Assembly (NCBI GenBank): GCA_963666275.2
Contig: CAXXOA010000002.1
Span: 416,001-480,000, forward strand
Length of the DNA: 64,000 nucleotides
Origin: Oceanispirochaeta sp.
Lineage (GTDB): Bacteria; Spirochaetota; Spirochaetia; DSM-2461
Direction: 5' to 3'
Positions within the stretch are counted from its first letter, which is position 1, and every line of letters begins with the position of its first letter. The position numbers were made by a program, and so were the translations under genes. Under the pieces are notes generated by a model. The model searched no databases, was not told where the DNA came from, and was given only the letters and a program-made list of their open reading frames with translations. This document shows, one piece after another, positions 40,554-49,590 of the stretch.

Positions 40554-41151
40554 AATCTTCAGTTCTAAATACCATTCGTCCTCTCAAAGCTCGTGAGATG
40601 CTCATTTTGTCGGCATATTCCATATCCCCGCCCACAGGCAGACCGGAAGCAATTCTGGATACAACGATATCTCGATCCTTCAGAATATGCCGGATATAGA
40701 GGGCAGTCGAATCCCCTTCCAGTGTCGGATTCGTGGCCAGAATAAGCTCTTTGATTCCCAGGGCCTCTATCCTTTTCAATAACTTGTCAAATCCCAGTTC
40801 TTCCGGTCCTATTCCATCCAGAGGGGCCAGGACTCCATGCAGAACATGATAGTATCCTTTAAAATCACCTGTGCTTTCAATCATCTGCACATCCTGTGAT
40901 TCCTCTACGACACACAGAGATGTGGTATCCCGGGAGGGAGAGGAGCAGATGGAACACAGGTCCTCCTCTGTAAAATTACCGCACTCTCTGCATTTGTGAA
41001 TTCTCTCTTTCAGCTCCGCAATCGACTGGGAAAGTTTACGATTATAATCTTCATCCCCTTTCAACAGAGAGTAGGCCATCCTGGCGGCACTTTTCTTTCC
41101 AATCCCCGGCAGCCGCGATAAAAGGGATATGAGATTATCCAGTGTATTCAT
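40552..41151 (-). CDS. recR: Recombination mediator RecR
   Basis: LPGIGKKSAARMA HhH, C4 zinc finger, ELILATNPTLEGD Toprim, RIASGLPVGGD. Confidence 0.97.
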   Translation of the reverse strand: MNTLDNLISLLSRLPGIGKKSAARMAYSLLKGDEDYNRKLSQSIAELKERIHKCRECGNFTEEDLCSICSSPSRDTTSLCVVEESQDVQMIESTGDFKGYYHVLHGVLAPLDGIGPEELGFDKLLKRIEALGIKELILATNPTLEGDSTALYIRHILKDRDIVVSRIASGLPVGGDMEYADKMSISRALRGRMVFRTED

Positions 41152-41472
41152 CTACACTCCGGGAAATCCGGGGGGAATAGGCATTCCGGTTACATCTGAC
41201 ATTTCATCGCGAATTTTCTCTTTTATTTTTCCATAGGCAGCAGTACAGGCGGAAACAATGAGTTCTTCCAGCATTTTGACATCCCGGGGATCAACGGCCA
41301 CAGGATCAATGGCAATACCTGTGATCTCCATCTGGCCATTCATAGTAACTTTTACAAGATCACCGCCGGCACCGCCTTCTGCGGATATACCTTTCAGTCT
41401 CTCCTGCATATCACCCATTTTACCCTGGATATCCTGAAGGTTTTTCATAAATTCCATAGGATTGAAGTCCAT
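41152..41472 (-). CDS. ebfC: YbaB/EbfC nucleoid-associated protein
   Basis: GGAGGDLVKVTMNG...IDP...DVKMLEELIVSA; located between dnaX and recR. Confidence 0.92.
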   Translation of the reverse strand: MDFNPMEFMKNLQDIQGKMGDMQERLKGISAEGGAGGDLVKVTMNGQMEITGIAIDPVAVDPRDVKMLEELIVSACTAAYGKIKEKIRDEMSDVTGMPIPPGFPGV

Positions 41473-41525
41473 TGAATGCTCCTTATATTTCCCTGATTCA
41501 TCCGGTAAAATTCCGGAGAGTTGGC

Positions 41526-42035
41526 TCAGGGCTTTTTAATAATTGTTCCACGGAAAACAGACCGGACAAGTTCAACCTGTTCTTCCAGCTGCTTTTCTTC
41601 ATGGGATTCATTTTTCTTTACTGCTGCCGTAAACAAGACCTGCCAGCCCAGCTCTTTAAGGATAATTTTTTCTATAGTACGAAACTCTTTTTTCACAAGA
41701 GACCCCGCAAAAGGGCTGTCAAAAAGGAGAGTGATATTACTCTCTTCTTTCTTCCATTTTACAGCTTTTTCAAGTCCCGCAGCGATTGAAATGCTTTCCC
41801 GCCTCAGAACTGTCAGAATTTTCTGTTTCAGTTCTTCCACATCTGTTTCAGGGACAACGGATGCTGCAGCCGTTTCAGAAGCTTTTTCTTCCGGGACGGG
41901 TATCTCCGGTTTCACTTCCACCTCTGCCGGTGGTTCCGGTTCTTTCATCACCGGTGAGGCTTTGGCGGGCTGATGTCCCATTTCCTGAATTTTTTTATCA
42001 AACGCCTGAGACAGGGGTGTCTCAGGCGGATTCAG
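41526..42035 (-). CDS. dnaX: C-terminal (tau-specific) part of DnaX in the -1 frame relative to the upstream dnaX ORF
   Basis: Frame is open from directly after the A12 run (LNPPETPLSQAFDKKIQEMGHQPAKAS...) through a Pro/Glu/Ala linker to VELVRSVFRGTII, resembling tau C-termini. Confidence 0.75.
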   Translation of the reverse strand: MNPPETPLSQAFDKKIQEMGHQPAKASPVMKEPEPPAEVEVKPEIPVPEEKASETAAASVVPETDVEELKQKILTVLRRESISIAAGLEKAVKWKKEESNITLLFDSPFAGSLVKKEFRTIEKIILKELGWQVLFTAAVKKNESHEEKQLEEQVELVRSVFRGTIIKKP

Positions 42036-42052
42036 TTTTTTTTTTTTACCTC
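42003..42052 (-). promoter_or_regulatory. Putative recoding signal in dnaX (A12 slippery run plus hairpin)
   Basis: Minus strand: GAGGT-A12-C-TGAATC-CGCCTGAGACA-CCCC-TGTCTCAGGCG; A_AAA_AAC heptamer, 6-nt spacer, perfect 11-bp stem. Confidence 0.75.
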
Positions 42053-43225
42053 TTGCTGCACAGCAGACACCTGGGGGCCTGCAGCTCCCAGCTGTTCTTT
42101 CATCCTGCCGAGTTCGCCAAGAAGTTCTTTTGAATCTATATGATACCTTATAGAAGAGAGCCTGCTTAAAAGAAGCTCCAGCTCAAACCGCGGATTGATG
42201 GAGTACCGGATATCCCGGAATAACTGTAGAACCTCTTCCAGAGCCCATTCCACCTGATAGGCATTCAGATTCTCCAGAACGGAAGATTCAAATCTGTCAG
42301 GAGTATATCCCAGAAGGGATTCTTTTTTGACTCCGTGAAAAATAAATAGAATATTTCTGAAATACTCGGCCAGATCTATTATAAACTGCTCGATTGAAAC
42401 GCCGCTGCTGATGATCTCATCAAAATTCTCCAGAGCTTCTTCCGGTTTTTCCTCTACAAGAAGTTTCATAAGACTGTTGAGCTGATCCAGACCGATAAGA
42501 CCTAGCTTTTCCTGGATCTTATCCAGAGAAATATAGCCATCCGAAAAGGAGGCGATCTGGTCATAAAGGGTATAGGCATCACGGACAGATCCTGTTGATT
42601 CCCTGGCTATCCAGTAGAGGGCATCATCATCAAACTTGATTTCAAGCTCTTTACAGACGTTTTCCAGAAGCCTTTTGATCTCATTGATATCAATCAGTCT
42701 GAAATTGAACTGCTGACACCGGGACCGGATGGTGGCGGGAACCTTGTGTATTTCCGTGGTGGCAAATATAAAAATGATATAGGGAGGCGGTTCCTCTATG
42801 GTTTTCAGCAGCGCATTAAAAGCACTGTTGGAAAGCATGTGAACCTCATCAATTATATAAATCTTATACTTGGAACTGTTCGGGCTGAAAAGGACTTCAT
42901 CCTTGATCTCCCTTATATCGTTGACACCGGTATTGGAGGCTCCATCTATTTCTATTACATCCAATGAGTTTCCACGGGCAATTTCCCTGCAGTTGGGACA
43001 GACACCGCAGGGTGTAATTGTCGGTCCCTCTACACAGTTAAGGGAACGCGCCAGGATCCTGGCTGAGGATGTCTTTCCTACACCCCTGGGACCGGAAAAG
43101 AGATAGGCATGGGCAATCCTGCCGTTTTCGATAGAATTTTTCAGTGTTGCGACAACAAAATCCTGACCAGTAAGTTCTATCAGAGACTGGGGTCTTTTTC
43201 GGGATGCGGTTACTTCGTAATCCAT
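42032..43225 (-). CDS. dnaX: DNA polymerase III subunit gamma/tau (zero-frame product, gamma-length 397 aa)
   Basis: AYLFSGPRGVGKTS, PCGVCPNC, IEIDGASN, IIDEVHMLS, SRCQ; ends EVKKKN-stop in the A run. Confidence 0.96.
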   Translation of the reverse strand: MDYEVTASRKRPQSLIELTGQDFVVATLKNSIENGRIAHAYLFSGPRGVGKTSSARILARSLNCVEGPTITPCGVCPNCREIARGNSLDVIEIDGASNTGVNDIREIKDEVLFSPNSSKYKIYIIDEVHMLSNSAFNALLKTIEEPPPYIIFIFATTEIHKVPATIRSRCQQFNFRLIDINEIKRLLENVCKELEIKFDDDALYWIARESTGSVRDAYTLYDQIASFSDGYISLDKIQEKLGLIGLDQLNSLMKLLVEEKPEEALENFDEIISSGVSIEQFIIDLAEYFRNILFIFHGVKKESLLGYTPDRFESSVLENLNAYQVEWALEEVLQLFRDIRYSINPRFELELLLSRLSSIRYHIDSKELLGELGRMKEQLGAAGPQVSAVQQEVKKKN

Positions 43226-43284
43226 AGATCTGCAGTATACAGGAAAGAGGGGGGAGTCATCAAGATTTGATTATAAATGAAAAT

Positions 43285-43407
43285 CCCCTCAGCTCCACCC
43301 AAGTAACCTATGGCACATCAAACAATCGCTTACGGCTGCTATCTTCCGATCCTGACCGGGTTGGGCGACGTTCAATTGCATAGAACCTGGATATCAACAC
43401 TGAAGGG
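43285..43407 (-). ncRNA. ffs: Signal recognition particle RNA (4.5S)
   Basis: Minus strand contains CCGGTCAGGATCGGAAGATAGCAGCCG (SRP helix 8 with GGAA tetraloop); ends CCCTTCAG...CTGAGGGG pair; sits upstream of dnaX. Ends are approximate. Confidence 0.9.
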
Positions 43408-43412
43408 AAAAA

Positions 43413-43501
<89 letters not shown>

Positions 43502-43557
43502 AAAAAAAATATTACTGTTACACCGGGATATCCGGTTTCCCATAAAAAAGCAGGGAA

Positions 43558-43631
43558 TATGCCCAAGAGGATTCGAACCTCTGACCCTCAGTTCCGCAAA
43601 CTGATGCTCTATCCATCTGAGCTATGGGCAC
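43558..43631 (-). tRNA. tRNA-Arg(GCG)
   Basis: GTGCCCATAGCTCAGATGGATAGAGC, anticodon arm TCAGT-TT-GCG-GA-ACTGA, GGTTCGAATCC. Confidence 0.93.
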
Positions 43632-43636
43632 GTGTA

Positions 43637-43723
43637 CGGAGAGGGAGGGATTTGAACCCTCGGTACGGTTACCCGTACAACACCTTAGCAGGGTGCCACC
43701 TTCGGCCACTCGGTCACCTCTCC
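43637..43723 (-). tRNA. tRNA-Ser(GCT)
   Basis: Anticodon arm CACC-CT-GCT-AA-GGTG, long variable arm, GTTCAAATC. Confidence 0.95.
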
Positions 43724-43769
43724 TGGTTGTGTCCGCTCCCAACAGGAATTCCTGTTTTTAACGAACTTA

Positions 43770-43854
43770 CGGAGAGGGTGGGATTCGAACCCACGGTAGG
43801 TCTCCCTACGCTGGTTTTCAAGACCAGATCCTTCGACCGCTCGGACACCTCTCC
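43770..43854 (-). tRNA. tRNA-Ser(TGA)
   Basis: Anticodon arm CTGGT-CT-TGA-AA-ACCAG, long variable arm, GTTCGAATC. Confidence 0.95.
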
Positions 43855-43867
43855 TAAACCGTACGTA

Positions 43868-43896
43868 AAAATATCGTAACAGCAGATATTTGTCAA
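43868..43896 (-). promoter_or_regulatory. Sigma70-type promoter for the tRNA-ffs cluster
   Basis: Minus strand TTGACA (43896-43891)-N17-TATTTT, just upstream of the first tRNA. Confidence 0.6.
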
Positions 43897-44000
43897 GACA
43901 TGGAAAATACAATTCCTTCTAAGCCATAATTGCAGGAAATAATAGGGAATAAAACGAAATAATTTATTGCTTCACAATTTTTTATTGTTATAATAGCCCT

Positions 44001-46151
44001 ATGAATATTATTGAAAAGAAGCCGCTTGATAAAATCGGATACAATTTTATAGATCCCTCCTATATTCCCCGGGGAGAAGACGAATATTATCTCCGGAAAA
44101 CACAGCAGGATCCGGACAAAATATACAGGAAACTGACAGAACAGGAAATTCAGACCCTGGAGGACAATGGGAATACTGCAGATGCCTGGGAGACCATGCT
44201 TGTTACGGAGAATTTCAATCCTCAGCTTGTGAGAAATAACTCCTTTTACGGCAAAATCCGCATGGGTGACCTGGAAAGCGTCTATTTGAGTTTCCATGAT
44301 ATAAGGCAGCCCGTTGGAATATACAACTCCACCATAATATCCTGTGATTTAGGTTCAAATGTCTCTATCAGGAACATTAAGCTCCTTTCCCATTATATAA
44401 TCAGGAATGAAGCCATCCTCCAGAATGTGGATGAGATGGTCACCACCAGTTATGCAAAATTCGGTAATGGTATTATCAAAGAGGGAGAAAAAGAGGAAAT
44501 TCGCATCTGGATAGAAACAGCGAACGAAAATGGAGGCCGCAGTATAATCCCTTTCAACAGCATGCGCAGCGGTGATGCCTGGCTGTGGTCCCGTTTCAGA
44601 GGCCGTAGGGATCTAATGAATGCCTTCAGGGAAATGACCCAGAAAGAAGAGGATAACCGGAGAGGCTTTTACGGCACCATAGGTTCCAGGGCCATTATAA
44701 AGCACTGCCGAATACTGAAAGATGTCCATGTCGGGAGCGATGCCTATATAAAAGGGGCCAATAAATTAAAAAACCTGACAATCAACAGTAATTCAGAATC
44801 CCCCACGCAGATCGGAGAGGGCGTTGAGCTTGTAAACGGTATAATAGGCTTCGGTTGCCGCATATTCTACGGGGTAAAAGCTGTTCGCTTTATTTTGGAC
44901 GACTATTCCAATCTCAAATACGGCGCCCGCCTGATTAACTCCTTTCTGGGAAGCAATTCCACCATTTCCTGCTGCGAAGTTCTGAACTCTCTTATCTTTC
45001 CCGGGCATGAACAGCACCACAACAGTTCTTTTCTCTGTGCAGCCACAGTTCAGGGCCAGAGCAATCTGGCTTCGGGAGCGACAATCGGTTCCAATCACAA
45101 CTCCAGGGGCAATGATGGTGAAATAATAGCAGGAAGAGGTTTCTGGCCAGGTTTGAATACAAGCCTGAAGCATAACTGCCTCTTCAGTTCCTTCAATCTT
45201 CTTGTAAAAGGGTCCTATCCTTCGGAGATTTACAATCCCCTGCCCTTTTCCCTCCTTTCCACTACAGAAGAAACACTCAATATATTTCCAGCCTACTGGT
45301 TCGGCTACAATATGTACGCTCTGGCAAGAAATTCCTGGAAATACTGCGAGAGAGACAAAAGGAAAGACAAACATCAGCACCTAGAGTTTCACTATCTGGC
45401 TCCTGATACCGTGAATGAAATGTTTCAGGCCCGAACCATACTGGAAGAATTGGTCTCTCAATCCGGTTTGTATCCGGACAGCTCTCCATCTATGTTCCTC
45501 TCAGAAGGCAGGGTTCCAGAGCTTTATGCGGATCATTTTGAAAACGGGCGCAGACAGGTACGGATATTAAAGCCTTCACAGGCCTATAATCTTTATGGAG
45601 ACTTTATTCTCTACTATGGTGTCATGAACATTGTCGATTATCTGTCCAATTCAGGTCAGGACAGCAATGCGTTACTGCCTCTGCTGCACCAGTCCGGTTC
45701 ACCCCGATCAGAATGGATGAATGTGGGAGGTCAGCTTATTCCCCGGGAAGATATCAGCAGGCTGTTAGATGATATTGAATCTGGAACTATTCAGAGCTGG
45801 AAGGAAGTCCATGATTTTTACAGCATACAGTCGGAGGATTATAGCCGGAGAAAACTCATACATGCCTGTAAATCTTTAAAAGAGATTTTGAATCTCAGGA
45901 AAGCTGATGAAATTCTGGATCACTGGGATTCCATATCCGCAAAAGCAATAAAAGTTCAGCAATACATTTCCGAGAATACCAGAACATCCAGAGAGAAGGA
46001 CTATACAAATTTTTTCAGGATGATGACCTATACAGATACGGATGAAAGAGACTCCGTTCTTGGGAAACTGGAAGACAACAGTTTCATCCGTATTATGGAT
46101 CAGGAAACCAGGGATTTTAAGGAAAAAATTCAGCTGATCAGCCGGAAATGA
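44001..46151 (+). CDS. DUF4954-like protein (left-handed beta-helix-type repeats)
   Basis: 716 aa; YRKLTEQEIQTLEDNGN..W N-terminus, STISCCEVLNSLIFP, GATIGSNHNSR; family assignment from memory. Confidence 0.72.
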   Translation: MNIIEKKPLDKIGYNFIDPSYIPRGEDEYYLRKTQQDPDKIYRKLTEQEIQTLEDNGNTADAWETMLVTENFNPQLVRNNSFYGKIRMGDLESVYLSFHDIRQPVGIYNSTIISCDLGSNVSIRNIKLLSHYIIRNEAILQNVDEMVTTSYAKFGNGIIKEGEKEEIRIWIETANENGGRSIIPFNSMRSGDAWLWSRFRGRRDLMNAFREMTQKEEDNRRGFYGTIGSRAIIKHCRILKDVHVGSDAYIKGANKLKNLTINSNSESPTQIGEGVELVNGIIGFGCRIFYGVKAVRFILDDYSNLKYGARLINSFLGSNSTISCCEVLNSLIFPGHEQHHNSSFLCAATVQGQSNLASGATIGSNHNSRGNDGEIIAGRGFWPGLNTSLKHNCLFSSFNLLVKGSYPSEIYNPLPFSLLSTTEETLNIFPAYWFGYNMYALARNSWKYCERDKRKDKHQHLEFHYLAPDTVNEMFQARTILEELVSQSGLYPDSSPSMFLSEGRVPELYADHFENGRRQVRILKPSQAYNLYGDFILYYGVMNIVDYLSNSGQDSNALLPLLHQSGSPRSEWMNVGGQLIPREDISRLLDDIESGTIQSWKEVHDFYSIQSEDYSRRKLIHACKSLKEILNLRKADEILDHWDSISAKAIKVQQYISENTRTSREKDYTNFFRMMTYTDTDERDSVLGKLEDNSFIRIMDQETRDFKEKIQLISRK

Positions 46152-47031
46152 TATCAAAAATCCGATCAAGATCATCTGCAGAAAAATAGGAGATCTCAAT
46201 TTTACCCTTTTTGAGATTTCCTTTTACCTGTACTTTCGTACCGAATCTATCGATGAATTTCTGCTCAATATTGAGAAGATCAGGTTCTTTATTCTTCAGA
46301 ACCTGTTTTTTTTCGGGTTTTTCAATGACTTTTTTTCCCTTATTGAGGTCTTCCACCATTCTTTCAGCTTCTCTTACCGTAAGGCCGTCATTTTTAATTC
46401 TTGAATGGAGAATTTTCTGATCTGCCGGATTTACACAGGCGAGGATAGCTCTGGCATGTCCCGAAGAAATTGTACCATCAGAAACAGATTCCTGAATATC
46501 CGCGGGAAGATTGAGGAGTCTCAGGCTGTTGGCAATAGTGGAGCGTTTCTTTCCCACCTTATCAGCCACTTCCTGCTGATTGAAACCCATGGCATCCATA
46601 ATATGGCGATAGGCCATGGCTTCTTCAATAGGAGAAAGATCCTCTCTCTGAATGTTTTCTATAAGAGCTATTTCCAGTTTTTCTTCTTCACTGAAGTCCC
46701 TTATGATAGCTGGTATGGAATCCATCCCTGCTATCCCGGACGCTCTGAATCTCCTCTCACCAGCTATAATAATGTAATGAGAGGCTCTCTGCTCTACAAT
46801 AATGGGCTGAATAACACCTTTGGACCTGATGGATTCAGCCAGCTCACGCAGTGATTCTTCAGAAAATATTTTTCTGGGCTGATCCGGATTTGTGAGGATA
46901 TCATCAAGGGGCAGCATCTGAATGGCATCCTGTATTTCAGGAGAAATACTCTGTTCATCAAAATTATCATCCAGACTTAAAAGGGCATCCAGACCCATAT
47001 TACCTAAAGCTTTTTTCTTAGACACGTTCAA
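46138..47031 (-). CDS. parB: ParB/Spo0J chromosome partitioning protein
   Basis: NPDQPRK, IIAGERRFRA, IENIQREDL, HTH (QQEVADKVGKKRSTIANSLRLL), GHARA. Confidence 0.96.
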   Translation of the reverse strand: MNVSKKKALGNMGLDALLSLDDNFDEQSISPEIQDAIQMLPLDDILTNPDQPRKIFSEESLRELAESIRSKGVIQPIIVEQRASHYIIIAGERRFRASGIAGMDSIPAIIRDFSEEEKLEIALIENIQREDLSPIEEAMAYRHIMDAMGFNQQEVADKVGKKRSTIANSLRLLNLPADIQESVSDGTISSGHARAILACVNPADQKILHSRIKNDGLTVREAERMVEDLNKGKKVIEKPEKKQVLKNKEPDLLNIEQKFIDRFGTKVQVKGNLKKGKIEISYFSADDLDRIFDIISG

Positions 47032-47791
47032 GAACCTCGCGAGTTAATTTCTGATAGCATTTTGCCCCTATGCAATTCGGATCATAGAGATTGATGGGAA
47101 CACCATGGGAAGGAGCTTCAGATAATCGGATATTACGGGGAATAACAGTAGGGAAAAGGATCTCCGTATTCTGTTTGAATGAATCTCTCACACTTTTAAT
47201 CACTTCTTTCCCCAGATTCGTCCGGGAATCGTACATGGTAAAAATTATACCGCCGATTTTAAGATGAGGATTAAGATTCTTCTGTACCCTTTTTATTGTC
47301 ATGGAATACATGTATTTCAGACCTTCCAGAGCAAAATATTCACACTGGAGCGGTATTATTACATAATCGGAAGCTGTAAATCCATTGATGGTCAGAACAC
47401 CGAGAGAAGGAGGACAGTCAATCAGTATGTAGTCAAACTGACTTTTGACTGTCTCCAGAGTCTTCCCCAGCACATTGAGTGAATCTTTCTTATCCCCTTT
47501 ATTCAGCTCTACTGTTGCTCCTGAAAGATTCAGATTGGAGGAAACAATAAATAAACCTTCCTGAGGTGTTTTTCTAATTGTTTTTTCCAGGGAAATCTGG
47601 CCCATGATTGCTTCATATATGCCTTCATCGTTGCTGGAAATACCTAGACTGCTGGAGAGATTTCCCTGAGGATCAAAATCTACAAGGAGAACTTTTTTCC
47701 CCATTTCAGCCATATATGCACCAATATTAACCGTCGTTGTTGTTTTACCGACGCCGCCTTTCTGATTGGCAAAAACGATTACTTTGCTCAT
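47018..47791 (-). CDS. parA: ParA/Soj ATPase
   Basis: NQKGGVGKTTT, DFDPQGN, IDCPPSLG, IPLQCEYFALEG, LSEAPSHG; start placed at MSKVIVF. Confidence 0.96.
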   Translation of the reverse strand: MSKVIVFANQKGGVGKTTTTVNIGAYMAEMGKKVLLVDFDPQGNLSSSLGISSNDEGIYEAIMGQISLEKTIRKTPQEGLFIVSSNLNLSGATVELNKGDKKDSLNVLGKTLETVKSQFDYILIDCPPSLGVLTINGFTASDYVIIPLQCEYFALEGLKYMYSMTIKRVQKNLNPHLKIGGIIFTMYDSRTNLGKEVIKSVRDSFKQNTEILFPTVIPRNIRLSEAPSHGVPINLYDPNCIGAKCYQKLTREVLERV

Positions 47792-47927
47792 AGGCTGAAT
47801 TATATCCGAACACGTATTTCTTGTCACTTCAATTGATTAATGTTGACCAAGATCTTTAATTTATTTATTTTGAAATAATAATTTTATCAGGATTTAAAAA
47901 TTCTGCTTAAACTTCCAGGAGATTTTT

Positions 47928-48152
47928 ATGATTAAAGAACAGGTAGAGAAAGCACTGGATGAAGTAAGACCTTCATTGCAGGCTGACGGTGGGGATATAG
48001 AACTTGTCGAAGTAAAAGAAGACGGTACTGTAATGGTTAAACTCAAAGGCGCCTGCAGCGGCTGTCCAATGTCCCAGATGACTCTTAAACAGGGTGTTGA
48101 AGCCTATTTGAAAAAACAGATTCCAGAAGTTTCCTCTGTTGAATCCGTCTAG
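47928..48152 (+). CDS. NifU C-terminal (NfuA-like) Fe-S carrier domain protein
   Basis: [15 protein letters not shown]...GACSGCP CxxC motif; AGGAG RBS. Confidence 0.92.
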   Translation: MIKEQVEKALDEVRPSLQADGGDIELVEVKEDGTVMVKLKGACSGCPMSQMTLKQGVEAYLKKQIPEVSSVESV

Positions 48153-48272
48153 TTAATTATTTTTAAGGCACTATGTTCCGATAATGAAATAAGCTTGATT
48201 TTTTTAAATAATGCTTTAAATTTCTAGTTAAAGTCCGATATTCTCGGACTTTAACTGAAACAAGGAACTAAA

Positions 48273-49352
48273 ATGAGTGCATCAAACAATCTTAGTTTCT
48301 CTAAATCCTTATTAGATAAAGATTTATTATATAATTTCCCTAAAATTGAATTACATAGACATCTTGAGGGAACCTTTGACCTTCCTACTTTATTTGAAAT
48401 TGCCAGAAAGAATGAGCTTGATACACCCGGAGACTTTGAATCATTTAAAGCCTACTGTCAGTTTCCCCTGCATCATAAACCTGATTTTCTTCTCTTTCTG
48501 GATAAATTCCATAACAACTGGTATAAATCCCTGGATGATGTATACGAAATTGTCTACAACTCAGTTAAAAAGATTAAGAAAGAGGGACTTTTTTATATTG
48601 AACTCAGATTTTCCCCTGAACATTTCGCTCTGGTGAATAATTTTGACAGAATAGAAGTTACAAAGATCATTCTCAGGGCAGCACAAAAAGCGGCAAAAGA
48701 GACAGATCTTCTGATTAAATATCTGATAACTTTCAACAGAAGTAAGCAGACACAGGAAGAGATGTTCGAATTATATAAAAAAATTCTGGATGGAGATTTT
48801 CCTGAAATTCTGGGAGTAGATCTGGCTGGAGATGAAACAAACTATCCTCCTGAATTATTCAGCGGTTTTTTTACCGAAGTTAACAGGATAGGTCTACATA
48901 AAATTGATATTCATGCCGGTGAGATCTGTGATTCTCAACAGATATGGACTGCAATCAATGATCTCCATGCGGATAGAATTGGTCACGGAATATCTTCCTT
49001 TTATGATAAAGTTCTACAGAAGGAACTCATTGATAGGCAGATAAGCCTGGCACAGTGTCTCATTTCCAATTACCAGACAAATGCCTGGGCAGACTCGCAA
49101 AATCATCCCATCGGATACAATTTTAGAAATAATATCCCTGTCTCAATCAATTCAGATGATCCTACTATTCAAAATGCAGATCTTGTAGAAGATTATTATA
49201 AAGTAGTAGAGTATTTAAATTTTTCATTTGAAGATCTGGTTCAGATCAATAGCAATACGATTGATTATTCCTTCCTGAATTCTTATGAAAAAGAAACAAT
49301 GAAGAATAGCTATAAAGAGGAAGTTGATAGGTTCATCAGAAAGAACTCCTGA
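48273..49352 (+). CDS. add: Adenosine/adenine deaminase family protein
   Basis: PKIELHRHLEG, DLAGDE, HAGE, DRIGHG, INSDDP. Confidence 0.88.
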   Translation: MSASNNLSFSKSLLDKDLLYNFPKIELHRHLEGTFDLPTLFEIARKNELDTPGDFESFKAYCQFPLHHKPDFLLFLDKFHNNWYKSLDDVYEIVYNSVKKIKKEGLFYIELRFSPEHFALVNNFDRIEVTKIILRAAQKAAKETDLLIKYLITFNRSKQTQEEMFELYKKILDGDFPEILGVDLAGDETNYPPELFSGFFTEVNRIGLHKIDIHAGEICDSQQIWTAINDLHADRIGHGISSFYDKVLQKELIDRQISLAQCLISNYQTNAWADSQNHPIGYNFRNNIPVSINSDDPTIQNADLVEDYYKVVEYLNFSFEDLVQINSNTIDYSFLNSYEKETMKNSYKEEVDRFIRKNS

Positions 49353-49353
49353 T

Positions 49354-49481
49354 TTATCCACAACTTATCCTTTTTTTTCTTTTAAAATATCTTTTCAGCA
49401 ATTCTATTATTATTCAGGATTTATTTCCTCAAAAGCAGATACAAATCTATCAGATTGGATTTTATCCACAGGTTATCCTCA
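49354..49481. promoter_or_regulatory. DnaA-box cluster downstream of gyrA
   Basis: Perfect TTATCCACA at 49354-49362 and 49462-49470; one-mismatch TTATCCTCA at 49473-49481. Confidence 0.7.
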
Positions 49482-49499
49482 TTGGAAAGGATAAAAGAA

Positions 49500-49515
49500 T
49501 GTTTCACGTGAAACA
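49500..49515. promoter_or_regulatory. parS site
   Basis: Perfect palindrome TGTTTCACGTGAAACA, about 2 kb from parAB. Confidence 0.93.
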
Positions 49516-49533
49516 TTTTAATATTCCTGAGAT

Positions 49534-49565
49534 AAAAAAAACTGCCTGTTAAACAGACAGCTTTT
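49534..49565 (-). terminator. Probable gyrA terminator (possibly bidirectional)
   Basis: A-run, CTGCCTGTT-AAACAGACAG imperfect stem, CTTTT; lies between the two parS sites. Confidence 0.55.
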
Positions 49566-49570
49566 CTGAT

Positions 49571-49586
49571 TGTTTCACGTGAAACA
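49571..49586. promoter_or_regulatory. parS site
   Basis: Second perfect TGTTTCACGTGAAACA, 71 bp from the first. Confidence 0.93.
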
Positions 49587-49590
49587 TTCT

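Noticed and set aside
41526..43225. dnaX as a pseudogene, or 41526-41981 as an independent gene
   Set aside because: dnaX is essential, both parts are intact, and the junction has a slippery run plus hairpin; the downstream ORF begins in a linker-like segment.
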